Shown piece after piece: positions 26,017-39,909 of a stretch of 64,000 nucleotides of DNA. The notes below the pieces were generated by a model, which saw only the letters and a program-made list of their open reading frames with translations, was not told where the DNA came from and did no database searches. Position 1 is the first letter of the stretch. Every line of letters starts with the position of its first letter. Made by a program: the position numbers and the translations under genes. The stretch is from Marsupella aquatica (taxonomy: Eukaryota > Plantae > Marchantiophyta), in NCBI GenBank assembly GCA_973895155.1, contig OZ316892.1:5426476-5490475 (forward strand), given 5' to 3'.

Positions 26017-27447
26017 GCCACAACACAAGCACAGCCCTCGATGCATTAATTTTGCCTCAAGATTGTGCTGCAAACCAAACGCCTGGTAATCGCGCTGATG
26101 ACGGACGGACTATACACGGCAGATCGAGGCAAGATCGAAGACAACCTAAATCGGACTGAGAGGCAACTGGAGATAGGGGAAATGAAAGTTCACAAAACAG
26201 AGGCTGAACCTCACAACAAGCGAGCAGAGGCGATATGCACGCTCAAAAGACACCCTAAATGGGACTGAGACACAAGTGGCTCTCGCATATGTGAGGTACC
26301 AAAAAAATCTACTCTAGTCCTCTTGTCCTACAGACTACGTGGGAGATGCACAAGTACTTTTCTTGGCTCTAATTTTTTATATTTTCATTTGTCATTATTT
26401 CTTGTCCCTGTTGTCTCCTTTATAATGATTTCAAAGGACTGATTTCAAAAAACAGGACCTCAAGGGCTGCAAAAATTTGAGCCCTTGCACTTCGTTTTGC
26501 ACGTCTTCGCTTTGTATGCCATAAGCCTGATGAGCAGGTTTTTCCACAAATTCTGAGTCAATTCTTTATTGTCATCTGTGGAGTTAAGGGCTGGAAAATT
26601 AAACCTCACAGCAGCTGGGGAGCAGCCCGGTAAATTAGCATAAGAGGGAGAAGCCCAAACCTTAATCTTATTTTTACTCAAAGCAAGTGGAACAAGAGCA
26701 AAGAGGTTCCAACACTCCCTCTCAAGGAAGAGACAAAGAGACCACAAGAAAATTAAAGAAACCTTAAAAAATGAATCCAGAATTGGGCCGAGCATTGCGC
26801 TGCTTGGTAAGCAAGAGTATAGATGTAGGGTTGGAAGTGATAGGATTGTTCTTCCAATTGTGAATATTGTCAGATTTTTGCTTGGTTGGCACAGGCGGTG
26901 AGAGGGTTGGAGCCATGTGATCAAGGGGATGCAAGACCAAGAGACACCCTGAGCCACATTGAGAGAGAGGAAGCTTGAAGGAGACAATGCCCCCTCTAAA
27001 ACAGGGATTCCCTTCCATGTTATTCAACACAACATGACTTAGAAGTCCAAGTACTTCTACTGTTATATGCGAACCAATTGTGTAACGTGGATCATATAAG
27101 CTCTAGTACCCTGAAGCTAACAGACATTGATGCCACAGCTTCTCCGGCTATTGCTCAAAATTGTTTGCTTGTTAGTAATTGCTGGAAGAAGGGGTTTGCA
27201 GACCTCTGCCGATATATACTGAGCTTGGGAGGTCATTTTTACATGGATATGGTTCAGATTTTTCCTCATGCACACGTTAGTAGATGCAGAATTGTTGATT
27301 GGACCTGTCGAATCAACTAAAAACAGAAATTCATAGGATTACATTTCTTCAGAATACTCTTAGTCGAGTAATAACCACACTCAAAGGTTTTGTATTCCAA
27401 TGCACTCAATTCTGATTGCCCGTTTGATTGTTTCTCCTCATTTATCC

Positions 27448-27712
27448 CTCAGGGGTTTCACTTCTACAAAAATGACATATCACGTCTGACAAAGTATAGG
27501 GTTGATTTATTGGTTCTAAGGGAAGACTTAAGAATTTTTGCAGAAGAACAATAAGGTCTTTTAAATTCAATTTTGATACTTATAAGAACATTATTCCAAG
27601 AATACTCCAACTTTATAGGGGTTAATTTTTATTTTTATTTTACATTTTAGGGGTTTGAGACCCATAAACATCGCAGGTGATGGGGAGGTCCCCATATAGT
27701 GAGACCCCCAAG
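27448..27712. mobile_element. MITE family B, 8-bp TSD
   Basis: ctcagggg...cccccaag, perfect TSD atttatcc. Confidence 0.85.
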
Positions 27713-29664
27713 ATTTATCCTCAATTATTTACATTGCCAAGTTTCAATGAATCCCCGAATGAATCGGTAATTGCACAGCTGGGTTCTCGAAGGAAAATAG
27801 TCCTAAAGAATTTAACAAAATTGGAGGAAGTAGGTGATGTGCTAGCCACAGATAACAAACCCAATTTCTATATCTATCTCAAATGCAATCAGAAAGACTG
27901 AATTCTCTAATTTCATTGGTAGAGAACACGGTTCTCAGGACCAATTATCCTGGGAACCAGTCAGAATGTCAAGCACTATTACTTTGGAAGGTCTTTTGAG
28001 TATCTTACCAGGGTGGTTTTACTCACTATATTTTTCTATATCCAACTGCTGGGACTACTCAGATGGCTAGCCAGTTAACTAGCTAGCCATCTGGAGCCTT
28101 AAAACACTTAAAATATAAAAGGTAGCTAAACTCAAAAGCATTTTATAGCCACTTGTAAGTCTTTAACAACACTCATTGCTATGAAAATTCCATGCAGTTT
28201 GCTTGCAGGGTGAGGTTGTAGAGATGATTTAGAGATCATGAGGCAGAGAAAAATTTAAAAAAATCCAACCACCATCATTGATTCCCACCTTTCCAGATTT
28301 GGAATGTTCAAGGACTAAACGTCAAGTGGGCCACAGGCTTCCAAAATGATCATGGTCAGGTCCAAGGTCTTCCAAAATTTGTATCACATGACCCGTCATG
28401 ATCGACTAGACTGGTGATAGACGAGTTGCTTACAACCACGGTGTCACCCCTTCAGAATCTGAGCTAAAACCTAAACTTAGATACAAAGTACTTTGGGGAG
28501 TTTTCCAAAATTTTCAGCTACAAGTGTGATAACATTTGAAATGAACTAATAAACTTTGGTAACTTTTGCTTTAGTTTACATGATCGAGGCTAAACTCTAA
28601 GAGAAATAGATTGCCTTAGAGTGACAATGTGCTCATATACACCCGTACATGATGTGCACTCCTATTGTCTTGGACCAGTGTCCTACATTGTCATTGCTTG
28701 ATCCCAAAGAGTGACTCAGAGATTAGACTCTGGTAACCCAGTGCTACGTGTCCCAGAGTCTAAACTCTTCCCAAACCTAGTTTGACTTCATATATTAGGT
28801 TTTGTTGTGACTGGATTGTCTTCACCCTCAATGTCTGCTTTTCTGGGGGTGGGTAGGTCATTCAACATCGTCTTTGAGGAGTGTATCTCTTTTAGGTAGC
28901 CCTCTTTGTACTTAGATTTTTCTTTTTGTGTTGTAAATGGAAAATCCATTGGAGGCAAAAACATGAACACTTTGATGGAAAGATAATTCTCGCCTCTTGA
29001 TCCCGAGAATATGAACTACGTAAATCAATAACATTCTTCCCTCGGAAGACATTTTTATTTATACAAGAAAACCGTGAGGAAGGGTGCAAAGCACACAAAG
29101 CTTACCTCATAAATTTTAATCAAATGGCCAGTCACCTACTCCAAGAAGTCAAACTTACGATTAATGCATGACAAATCCAATTTTAGGTGAGAGATACTTG
29201 ATGGACCCCCAAAATGCAAAGTGTTCTGTGATAGACCTATGAGTGATCTAGACCCGGATCTCAAATCAATGTACCCCAAAAGCTCATGGGTCTCATGAGG
29301 TCTAGACATTTCAATTTAGGGATCGATCTGGTATCTATTTTACTATAAAAGCCCTAATTGAAGTCTATTTTTAAGAGCTTAGGTCTAAACTGAAGCCTCT
29401 AGACTGTAATTCCCAATATAGAGACAATACTGATAATGAGGTTAGTCAAGATAAAAATTTTGAATAAGGATGGAAAAAAATGACATAGAAAGACAAAATT
29501 GAAATGAGAATAGGCAAAAAAACAAGAATGACTAACCAAAATAACATATGAATTTTATTTCCTTCATATCGGAGCGGGCTAGTATATCTCAATTGTACGT
29601 TGATATGCCTCACTGTTTACGTTCAAGGATCGGGCTAGTATCTCTCAATTTTACGTTGATAGCT

Positions 29665-32600
29665 TCACTGCCGTAACAAATTAGCCCGGTTTGCTTCCCT
29701 TTGACATTTTTGGCAAACCCAGAAGCACGTCCGTTTTGTCCCTGACAGATATCTGGAGAGCATCTTAGATTTGTATTGCACTTGATAAAGTTGGAATGTC
29801 TTTGAGATTTGTCCTTGCGCCTTCAAGGGTGCCATCAGGTCCTGAACAAATATCAAATCCGAGTTATGAACAAATCACCCCACTTAACGATCAAACCAGC
29901 TCAATCTAACAATGAGATGGTGTTAGTTTCCTCCTTCAATCTGGTAGATTTGAAGTTAGCGAGCCTACGATCATGCCTAGCCTGTCGGAAACATTGAGAG
30001 CATCCCAACGGGTTTGGTGGCCAAGCCTCCCCAGATCATGCAGAGAAAAGTGTTCATTCCAAGAATTAAATTTCCAAGCCGCTATGATTGAAAGTCGACA
30101 ACCCCACCAAGTCCCTCCAAGCTGACCTCCATTCCAGAAATTGTGCATTCATACTTTCTAATTGGTCTCGGTCGTGGACCATGGCGGGTTGGCGACCGCT
30201 ATTCTTGCTAATACTGAGGGTCGGCAGCTTGGATCTGGCGTGTCTGTCGGTCTGTGAACGACACAAGGGGTACTGGTGGGAAACGCAACAGCAAAGGTTT
30301 CTCTCCATTTGGTTTGTTTGGCGGTTCAGAGGCCAGGCGAAAAGGTGCACTGGTGTAGAAGCTCGAACAAATCTAAAACTGAGTGCAAGAAGGATTTGAA
30401 TTAGAGAGGGGCAAAATAGAGTCTCTTGACCTGTATAATTCCCCATGCCTCTGCCAGAGTACTGTCAACTTCAACTTGGTTGCAATCTACAATGGAAGTC
30501 TTGATGTTGTATATGATATTAGCTCCGGTCAAAGTCGTAGCAACCAGTGGCGCAGCTCCAGCCCACGATGAAAAGTGTGGGATTGCACTGCCGATACCAG
30601 CAGCAACATGAAGCCCAACCTTCGCCAGAATGAACAAGATCTTGAGAGAGCCCAATACAAGGGGCCTCAGCTTTTTGTATGTGTCCCTGACAGGGAGTTC
30701 AAGCACAGATTCAGAAATTTTGATGCGAGATTAAGCTCATCTATAATTCGGACTGGTCACTGCTGATAAAATTGCGGCTGACTTCTGAGATTTGCCTTAG
30801 TTTGAAGAACTCATTTTCACTAGAGAAGATAATCATCTTAGTTTAGACACGTACTGGCAACTCAAATTAAACTTCAGAACAAAAAACTTCCCCTATGAGT
30901 CAGAACCCAACTGTCAAGGAATTCTTTGATATAAAACTTTTAACTTTAGTCTGTCCAATTGAGATGTATAATCGGATTTGGTCCTGGCACCCAAATTATA
31001 TGTTGTACTTTTGAAAGTTACTGCTAACACACTTCAGGACGTAACTTTTCGATTTTCAGCAGTACTACAGTAGCTGTATCTTTGCCCGTAAATTCTTTTT
31101 GTTATGGAATAAAACTCGAAGGGAAGTAAGTGCAAGTGCTTAATTACCCCGGCAACAAGTTGACCAAGGGCAGACCCTGCTGATCCTTGACATAGTGAGG
31201 TTGGTTTGGACTTTCGCACATGAAATGCAGCTTGATAGGTACTCCGATTTGCAAGACAGCCACGAACCGTTGTTTCAAGCTCACGGAGTTGTCTAAAAAG
31301 TAAGGCAACCCGGGCATATCCTGCAACTCTGCGACGGACCCCATGAGTTCGTCCATTTTCTCCACCAGAGTGCTTTGCATCTTTTGGTGGAGCATCTGCA
31401 TATCATCCAAGCTCGCCGCAATATGTGACAAAAGTTTCGTCTGTTCCTCAATCTTCGAAATGACGACGTCCTGCATTTCTCTCAACTGCCTTGAAAGGGG
31501 TACTCTAATTTCCTGTAGTGGGCATCGCAGTCGCACAAATTAATGCCCACGAAGAATTTAGAATGTAGATATCATCCGGAGGCTGGAAAAAAGGAAAAGG
31601 ACTGATCATCATACAATCTAAAGACTTACAGAATGTCGCTCATGAAAATGTGAATTCACGATCGTACCCAAATCACGCGTCATAAAGTGGACACATGCGA
31701 GAAACTATTTAGATGCTGAAATTAAGTTTAAGTGGTTCAAGACAGGTAAGTAAATATTGGCATCTATACACAGTCTGGGCACTCAAAGTGAGGAAGTGAC
31801 TCGGTACATGAGTAGTGCTTACATTGACATACCAACGCCACGCGTCCGGCCCGTCAGGTGGCCCCTCTGGTTCTTCCGATTCACCAGCTGATTGCACAGG
31901 CTGCGATGTCGTTCTGGACGTAGACGGCACTTCAGCGCCAGTAACGTTCTGGACCTCATCAACGGCTTGAAAAAGGCCATATCGCTGTTCACTAATCGTG
32001 ACTCTGTACTTGAAAATAGCTTCTTTTACGTCTAGGAGAGTTAGCATTTGCATCGCCTCGACCCACTCTCCTCTAACAAGGTACTCGTCCTCTGGCACAG
32101 CGGGAAAGAAGTGCCTGTAAATCCTTGACATATCTTGCACGGAATTGGCGTACGAGCCGTCGTCCCAAACTTCCAATTCAACCGACTCAAAGAGTTTTTC
32201 CATCACGGCTTTCGTCAAGTCCTCCTTCAGGACTGCCTGGTTCTTCCTGTGACAGCACAAGGACAGCCTCTCGACGCACTGCGGCCTCAGGATTGCCTCT
32301 TGCAGCGCCACACCTGGGCAGCCCTCTCGAGACGCGCAGAACAGTCGTAGCTGCTCCACAAGATTGGTGACTAGTAAGTGTGAACCTCGTGCCTGGCTGC
32401 AGGACTTCACTAGAATATCCACATAATCTCCGTCGAGAAGACCGTCATCTCCACTCTTCTCCATGAGTATCTCAAGTCCATCGTGCTGCACTATAATCAG
32501 ATTTTTCTCAATCTTGTATATCAACTGCAATTTTGGGCCGCGCAAAAACTTCTGTAGATAGACCTGAAGGTACGGTTCAACACAAGCCTCGTTAATTAAG

Positions 32601-35600
32601 CAAACTTAAAACTCTTAGTGCGTTGATGAACAAACACACCATTCAATTGATTTGAAGGAATGGTCTACGTACGTGCATCTAGCTGGCAAAACAGTCTTCA
32701 GCTGACAGGAAGCAGCAGTAATCCAAGCAATTCACTCAAAGGGTGATTCGATAATATGTCGTCGAGTTCCAGGATCAAAGGTCGCAGCAATAAGCAGGAA
32801 AGAAGAAATGAAATATAGCTACCTGAAACCTTTGGAAAAAGCCAGAGGTTAGGAACGTTCGTGATTGATCCGTGCACTGCAATCGAAGACCACTATAGAT
32901 TGGACGGTTTGACGTTTTGCTGTCGTCCACCGGCCATGATAGCCTCCGTCTGCCTCGGCGAGCCAGGCCGTTGGGGTCGTCGAGAGTGCTTGGAACGAAA
33001 TATGAACAGGTTGGAGGATCAGTTCTCAAGTCTTCTTCGTAGCAGAGTTCCAGCTCCTTCATGAGTCGTATCAAGTCCCCGGCTTTGAATCCACGATAGC
33101 TCCTTCTCTGAATGAAATCCTCCAAGACTTCCATTAGTTTATGGTGAGATAAGCACCCATTTTTGATGTTATGAATGAATGGCTCATAACTTTCATCTCC
33201 TGGCCTAAACAACTCTCCCAAGAAAACCTTACCTAGCCAATTCGGGTCCACTACAACAAAGGACGAATTCGGGAAGTGAATGATGGAACCCACGTCATGC
33301 AAATAAGATGCTACAGCTAGCTCGTTCTTTTTGCGATACGCTGTTCTCATTTCCTGTTCTTCACTGGCAATTTCTGCCGGGACATCTCGAAATAGTACAT
33401 CTAGTTCCTTCATCTCCTTACAAAGATCGAAAAACTTCTCTTGTGTAATGATCGGATAAAAGCTGTGGTTTCTCTTAGCGGTCCACTTTGCCAAGAAAAG
33501 ATTCATCTCCTCGCAAGCAGCAGGTACTTTTGGAAGGGTTGATGAGAATAAAGAATCGAAACTTTCGAGAACATCATCGACAACTTCACGAGCATGTCGG
33601 GCTGACCAGGAATTGATAGCGTGAACCTTAGCGTTAAGGTCCACACGACCTTCGAAGACTCTACTCAATTTATGCACCTGCCCCGTCGTTCTCGCCCACT
33701 CGATGTACCTTTCCTTCCGATTTGACTCAATATTCCCAAACCGTCTGGACAGTTTGTCCAAATGGGTCAACACGATCGAAACTCGTGGTAGTATCCATCC
33801 AGTTTTCCTGCAATTTGAGGTTATGAAACCGAGCCAATAACACAGCTCCTTTTCCAAATATTGGGCTGATTTCTCCTCATCCCAACTACCGTTCTCATTG
33901 AAGACAGGTTTGTTCAGAAATAGGAACACGCAGGCCTGATTAATGTCGGGAAACATGTAATGGCTGTCGTGCAAAGCATGGTACTCATCCTGTCCGGCCA
34001 TATCCCAAACAGCAATATGTTTATCTGTGGAATCTCTCAAGAGCCGTATCTCGATCCCTTGCGTTCTTCTGTCGAAGTAAGATGGGCAAAAACAACTTTG
34101 ATTGGCCATGCACGCTGTTGCTTCAAATATTGATCGGTTGATAGCATTCCCCTGCGTGCCAACCATGGACCTTCGAAGAGTGGTCTTACCTGCACAATGC
34201 ATGCGAGTGCTGCCTTTAATCATCCTCTCATGCTGGCCGGGTACATGGATCCGAAGTGCAATTGACATTGTAGTGTATTCCGGTGTTTTCATTTCCAAAA
34301 AATGATACATCACTCAACCAAACTAAACCAACTATAACGTCATTTTATTGATTTAAAGAAAAAAATTAGAAATTTTGTGAAAAAAAATTAAAAAATTAAA
34401 ATCGAAATTCGAGACTCCATAGCACGTCATGTCATCATGACACTTTTCAAACAAATATGAATTTGTTTACAAAATAAAATTATTTCATTGTTCTTGTTTG
34501 TGGCAAGATTTTGGTAAAACTGAGGACACCATGCCGTAAATCTTGATGTAAAAATATTTGAATGTTTGAAAAATAATAGTTTTATTTACCCTAGGTAACA
34601 AACTGTTCAATTAGTAGAAGGCCCACTTTCCGTGTTTTTTACCCTGAGTAACCGCTGCCCACCCGTATTTTGAATTGTATTTCAATTGAATAATACTAAT
34701 TGTCTCTCGGCAAGTTGATCTGATGACAAAGTAATCGTGGTAATTTTCTTGACATTCGGCTGCCACGAAGGAAGAAGTGGACATGATTCTATGTTGGATC
34801 ACTCAACACTCCTTTCCATGTCATCATTGCAGTTCCTAACTCAGTGATGCCTCTCGTTACTGTTATATTGTCCAACACATGAGGCACGAGCGAACGAAAG
34901 AGAAGCAAGCTTAGCAGGGTTCACTAAGGGTCTCGTTTACGTGCAGATGGTGTTGAAGAGCCTGGGCATGAAAGAAGGACATAGTTATAAGAAATGTCAG
35001 CATATGATCAAGGGAGTCTATGCAGACGATAATGGGAAGGTGGACTTTCAGGAGTTCAAGGGGTCCATGAACTAATTTAAGATTTATAAGTATATTAGAG
35101 TCCGATTTTAAAAATATTTTAAAATAATCCCAAAAATATTTTAACTTTATAAGGATTTTTTTTCTTTTCTTATACTTTAGGGGATTGATACTAATAACTT
35201 GGTGATGGAGAGATTCATATAATGAGACCCCCAACAGTGTATTCTAGCTTGGCCTAACCAAGACCTCCCATTACTGAGTGACAAAACCTCCACGTAATAA
35301 CTACATTCAATTAGTGCAGACCATTTGACCATCTGCCTACGTAGAGACGACGACAACAACAGCAAATGCTGGCACCCAGCTGTCATGAATTATGTCATTC
35401 AAAGGTGCTTCATTAGGACTTGAATATCAGAATGCCAAAACTCTGGACTAACGAAACTCAACTGTATCAGGTTCAGGTACCGTCCTGTGGCGACCTGCAG
35501 CTCCAGGAACCACCATGACACTTTCGCAAGTAAACATTGAAGAGCTATCTAGAGAAACCAACCAAAAGAAAGATCATCAAAGATTTATTTTCAAGTTGAG

Positions 35601-36923
35601 AGTTGAAAACTGACCATCTTAACCGCCTACAGTACATTTTGTTATATATACAATGAGACGTCAGGAGAGAGAAACATAAATCAAGGACTCGCAATTTCCG
35701 AACTTTGGGAGGTATATAGTAAACTACATGTTGTATTGGATAGGAGGGAAAGGACGTCCTTAATAACAATAATATCCTCAGACAGTCTCATTGACATTCT
35801 CATTGATATCCGATTGGACGAAAACGTAGAAACGACGATACGTTGCAGACGCTGGGCGTTACTTACCTGCTCGTGGGAATCCACAAAGGAAAAGGCGTCC
35901 AATCTTGGGTGGGACAAATTGCAATTTGTTCTGTAAGGTGCCGAAGTAATCCGCCAGCCTCTCGTTCCGTCGAAGCTGCTGTTTGAGTAGCGCAGACTGC
36001 CCACTGTTATCCAGTGGTGTTCCCGCCATGTCAATGGAATTAATTTTCCTATTTGCTTGGAGAAGTTCCATAAGATCGACGAAGGCATCGCCAAGCCCTG
36101 GTCCGCAGCGGTACAGATCCATCTTTTCCACCATATGGTTGTCTTTCAGTGCCTCCCAAACCTTGCTCCATTGCGCACGATCGAACTGGAAGGATCGCAT
36201 TCCAAGAGACTTCAAGGAGCTGTTGTGAGTGAGCATTTGCACGAGATTTTCTGCTATTCCCTTCTCATACTCGTAATTCATACTGAATCCTTCGAGAGTT
36301 GTATTGTAATTCTCATCTTGGTGTAAACGTTGCTCGAAGGTGAACAGATCAACCGGTGTGAGGGCTTTCAACAAATAAGTCAGCGGCCCCTCTTGATCGG
36401 GGTGAGAGTTGCCATATCCGACTCCACATGCCAAGTGACGCAGTGTCGTGTTCTTTGACAAAGCCCTGGCCACGGGAACTGTCTCTTCTGCAGTCCATCC
36501 TGGACCCCACATGCCGAGAAACTTTAAGCTTGGGATGTTGTGCAACAGAAGCTCCTCCACCAGCTCAGCCCCTCTCTTTCCGAGTTTGATGTTTGAACCA
36601 ATCTCTAGCGTGGAAAGTACTGAATGGGGATTCTCAAGCAACCCCCTGATGATATACGACAGGCCATCGCCATCCATGCCAACTCCATAGACCGAAAGCT
36701 TCTCGAGGGTCGTGCTTCTCCTCACAAGTTCCCCTAGCAACTTACAGCTCTCGACAGACCCGAAATATGAGCTGTTATCCAGAGACACGGAACGCAGCAC
36801 GGAACGCAGCGGGTTGAACTTTACGTGCTCGAGGAACAATTTGCACTCTGCGTCATTTTGCTCATTGTCTTCCAAAGAATGTTTTCCACCGTTACTTCTT
36901 ATCTGCTCTACCAAATCCTCCAT
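29665..36923 (-). CDS. TORNADO1-like LRR-Roc-COR (Roco) protein, ~1320 aa; exons 36923-35867, 34189-32823, 32563-31823, 31512-31148, 30686-30431, 29841-29665
   Basis: RI-like LRRs (NTTLRHL, NSSLKSL). P-loop GFPRAG|KTT split by intron 1, RRTQGIEI, VWDMAGQ, VLTHLD. COR-type YLHDVGSIIHF...VVVDPNWLG. TRN1-like tail LHFMCE...H and WVCQKC. The six GT-AG exons sum to 3963 nt in frame. Confidence 0.88.
34944..35075 (+). pseudogene. Calmodulin-like (CML) C-terminal EF-hand fragment inside a degenerate MITE in intron 1 of the Roco gene
   Basis: Translates QMVLKSLGMKEGHSYKKCQHMIKGVYADDNGKVDFQEFKGSMN*, matching the plant CML pattern (VL.SLG.K.G....C..MI..VD.DG.G.V.F.EFK.MM). Followed by the family-B MITE end at 35076-35235. 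Confidence 0.7.
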
Positions 36924-37718
36924 GATGTTACTACCTTCGCTTCTGTGACGGCTGGACCAAATCAGATCTGCAGACAGTCAGGGGGCTGGATCAAATCGAA
37001 CAGCCCCGAACCCTCCACGAATGCAATTGATCATAAGAAAATAAGAAAAAACGACTTACGGTGGCACAACTTGTGCCAGAGCAATGCCTAATTGCTGCGT
37101 GAAAATTGACTAAGACCCAAACTAAGACAGGCTTCCTTATCCATCCGTCTGGGGTTCTAACCCAGCTCCGGGATCAAGGTACTTCCCCGTTTGACATCGC
37201 TAACTGTTTGTCGCAGTCGATCGATGACAAAACTATCCAATCCTAGAGAGGTTTCAACTCGATGGAAAACGACACGACACCATTGAAAGCAGCTGTATGA
37301 TTCTAGCAAGACCAACGTATTCGATCCAGTGATATGCAAAGCGATGAACCGACCGAACGACAGAGAACGACGGACCTCTATATACTAACTTATGGAGCTC
37401 TCGAAAAAATTGATCTACGGTGGAACACTGGAACTAGATGGATCGAACCGCCGCCGGTCGAGCCCTCACAGACCCGATCGAGCCCTCATAGATCGGGAAT
37501 GATTTTCTCCTATCCGGCTACCGAGTGAAAAGATAATAAAAATAAAATATAGATACTGCGACTTTTCTTACAATCTTAGTAAATTGCCACCAAAGTTACT
37601 CTCTCCCTGTCTACAGAAAGGACTACACTAGATGCTGTGACTTTTCTTCCCAAATTGGGAAGTTGCCACCCAGTTCACTCAACTCCCTTTTTCCCTGACC
37701 TACACTTTTGGGGGTCTC

Positions 37719-37836
37719 GGTAACTTGCACATCAAAATATGACATATACTATATATGACACCCTTGCATACCGTGATAATCCTAGTTTTTTTCTTTCAAT
37801 CAATGAATGCAGTCACATTTTGATGTGTGATTTACC
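37719..37836. repeat. ~120-bp hairpin/MITE-like inverted repeat
   Basis: ggtaacttgcacatcaaaatatgac ... gtcacattttgatgtgtgatttacc. Confidence 0.55.
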
Positions 37837-37872
37837 AGCAGGGCACTTTTGGAGGTGATTCGATGCCAGCAA

Positions 37873-38085
37873 AGTGATTCCTCGCTCAGTCACCACTGGC
37901 GCTTGCTTGCCTATGAGAGCCGGGTCATTGTAGAGTGATTCCTCGCTCAGTCACCACTGGCGCTTGCTTGCCTATGAGAGCTGGGTCATTGTAGAGTGAT
38001 TCCTCGCTCAGTCATTGTAGAGTGATTCCTCGCTCAGTCACCACTGGCGCTTGCTTGCCTATGAGAGCTGGGTCATTGTAGAGTG
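37873..38085. repeat. 61-bp tandem repeat x3 plus one 26-bp internally deleted unit
   Basis: Units agtgattcctcgctcagtcaccactggcgcttgcttgcctatgagagc(c/t)gggtcattgtag start at 37873, 37934, 37995 (short) and 38021. Confidence 0.92.
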
Positions 38086-39623
38086 CAAGGAAAGAGTAAA
38101 AATTTCCTCGCACGGGCACGTTTTCTCCTGGCAATACCCAAAATTTGTCATGAAAACAGCCTCGCTAGTATAAAGTGACACTCGCTAGCCTAAAAGAAAC
38201 CGTTAAATAAACATATCTATGAAAGTCCCATTGGATTTCAAAACCTATCCTCAGGGTCAATTGGTACACATTACGTATATCCCAAAAAAAGAAGGTGAGT
38301 AAATAACATCATAATTCACCCTAGAATTTGTACGTACATCAAGGCCAGGGAAATTGCTATCCATAATGTTGCCCATAATTCTCACACGAATAATTGTGTG
38401 CGGTCTTGAATAGGACAAAAATCCATGATGAGAAAGGATGGCAACTAACGGTTTCAACGGAAAAACCACGAGAATCCAAAGCTCCCTTCCTCACCATTGA
38501 AGCGTGAACGGACAGGATAGGCAGAGCATGTCCAAATTTACAGTCTCGTGGGTATGGACGTCCACCTCAACGATGAGGATGTGAGTATATATCTATATGT
38601 CAGTTCTTTGTTAAGGCATGGCACTTATGAATTTCAGACTGCATATCAATTTTTGACATTGTTTGGGATGTATTGGATTCATCCAACATGAAATTCTGTC
38701 CACCTTCCATTGCATGCAGATTCTGCCCAACCTGATTGGGCAAATGCGGGTAACATTTGATCAGTTTCAATGTCCACAAGGACATACATGGGTTGAACCA
38801 GGTTGGGAGGATGGTATTGGGTCCTAGAATTGAACAAGGTTGGGAAGGTGGTGAAGGTAATTGACAGGTAATGAATAAGGTTGGGAAGGTGGTGAAGGTA
38901 AAATACAGTACCTACAAACGCTGGAAGAGGGGCACGTAATGTCTGAAGTAGTTGCAATGGAAGAACTCATTCTATCTGTAGTCCATTCATGTGGGTATAT
39001 TCTGAACATGTACAATGATAGCAAATGTATGTGTGCAGGTTGGACAGTCAAACCGTCGACTCAAGTATTCACTAATGCCCCTATGTAGATGCAGTACGGA
39101 AGGGGGGTCAACGAATGTTCACTTGTTTTCCTATGGTTTATTCATTTACTAAGTTTTCACTACAATGTTTGCACATGCATACCTAGAAAGTGACAATATC
39201 TAGAACCGAGCTATCTGGACAACCAACTGACGGGATCTGGATAGCTGAAGATCATTGACTCCGATGCCGAGCTCCCTTATGGTCCAGGCCTGGATAGGCC
39301 ATCCGGGGAGAACTTAACATAGGGAGACTTGTGGGCAATAGGGCGTGGCACTAGCGAAGGCAAGGCCTAAGCTAGTGACAAACACTAAGGACTTAGACTA
39401 GCAACAAGAAGCCTTAAGGGATGAGTCCAAAGCCTTATTTCTCTTTTCAAAATCTTCATGATAAATTCAAAAACGTGTACCAAAAAACCACCAAAAAATG
39501 GTATGTATTTTTCAAACTAGACTCAAGAGAATTTTACCACCAAAATATAAGCATGTATCTAATCTGATATTCTCACAATTGTATAAACCTTGAAATATGC
39601 ACTTTATAAACGCCGTCAAAAAT

Positions 39624-39909
39624 CTCGGGGAACTCAATCCAAGGGGTGTCTCATATCACACTCAAAGTTTTGGGGGAATAAACACCCTAAAAGTTAAGTC
39701 AATAAAGTTTTTCCCCCCTAACTTAATGGAATATTCCCATATTTGATTTTAAAAAACCCTATGATTCTTATAATTCTCAAAATTGGATTAAAATATTTAA
39801 CCCTAATGTTCTTCAACAAAAATTTAAAAGTATTTCACTAAACCCAATAAAAAACCCCTATACTTATTTGCACCTGATGGGTCGGAAGAAAAGAAGTGAG
39901 GACCCCGAG
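39624..39909. mobile_element. MITE family C, 8-bp TSD
   Basis: ctcgggga...gaccccgag, perfect TSD tcaaaaat. Confidence 0.88.

Noticed and set aside
26065-27320. ORFs 26460-26987 and 26764-27030
   Set aside because: No recognisable motifs or coherent exon structure.
37873-38085. CRISPR-like appearance of repeated agtgattcctcgctcagtca
   Set aside because: The intervening sequences are identical rather than unique spacers, there are no cas genes, and the context is eukaryotic.
38257-39051. Exon-like minus-strand fragments downstream of the MTase relic
   Set aside because: They could be further cargo, but they contain stops and no family could be recognised.
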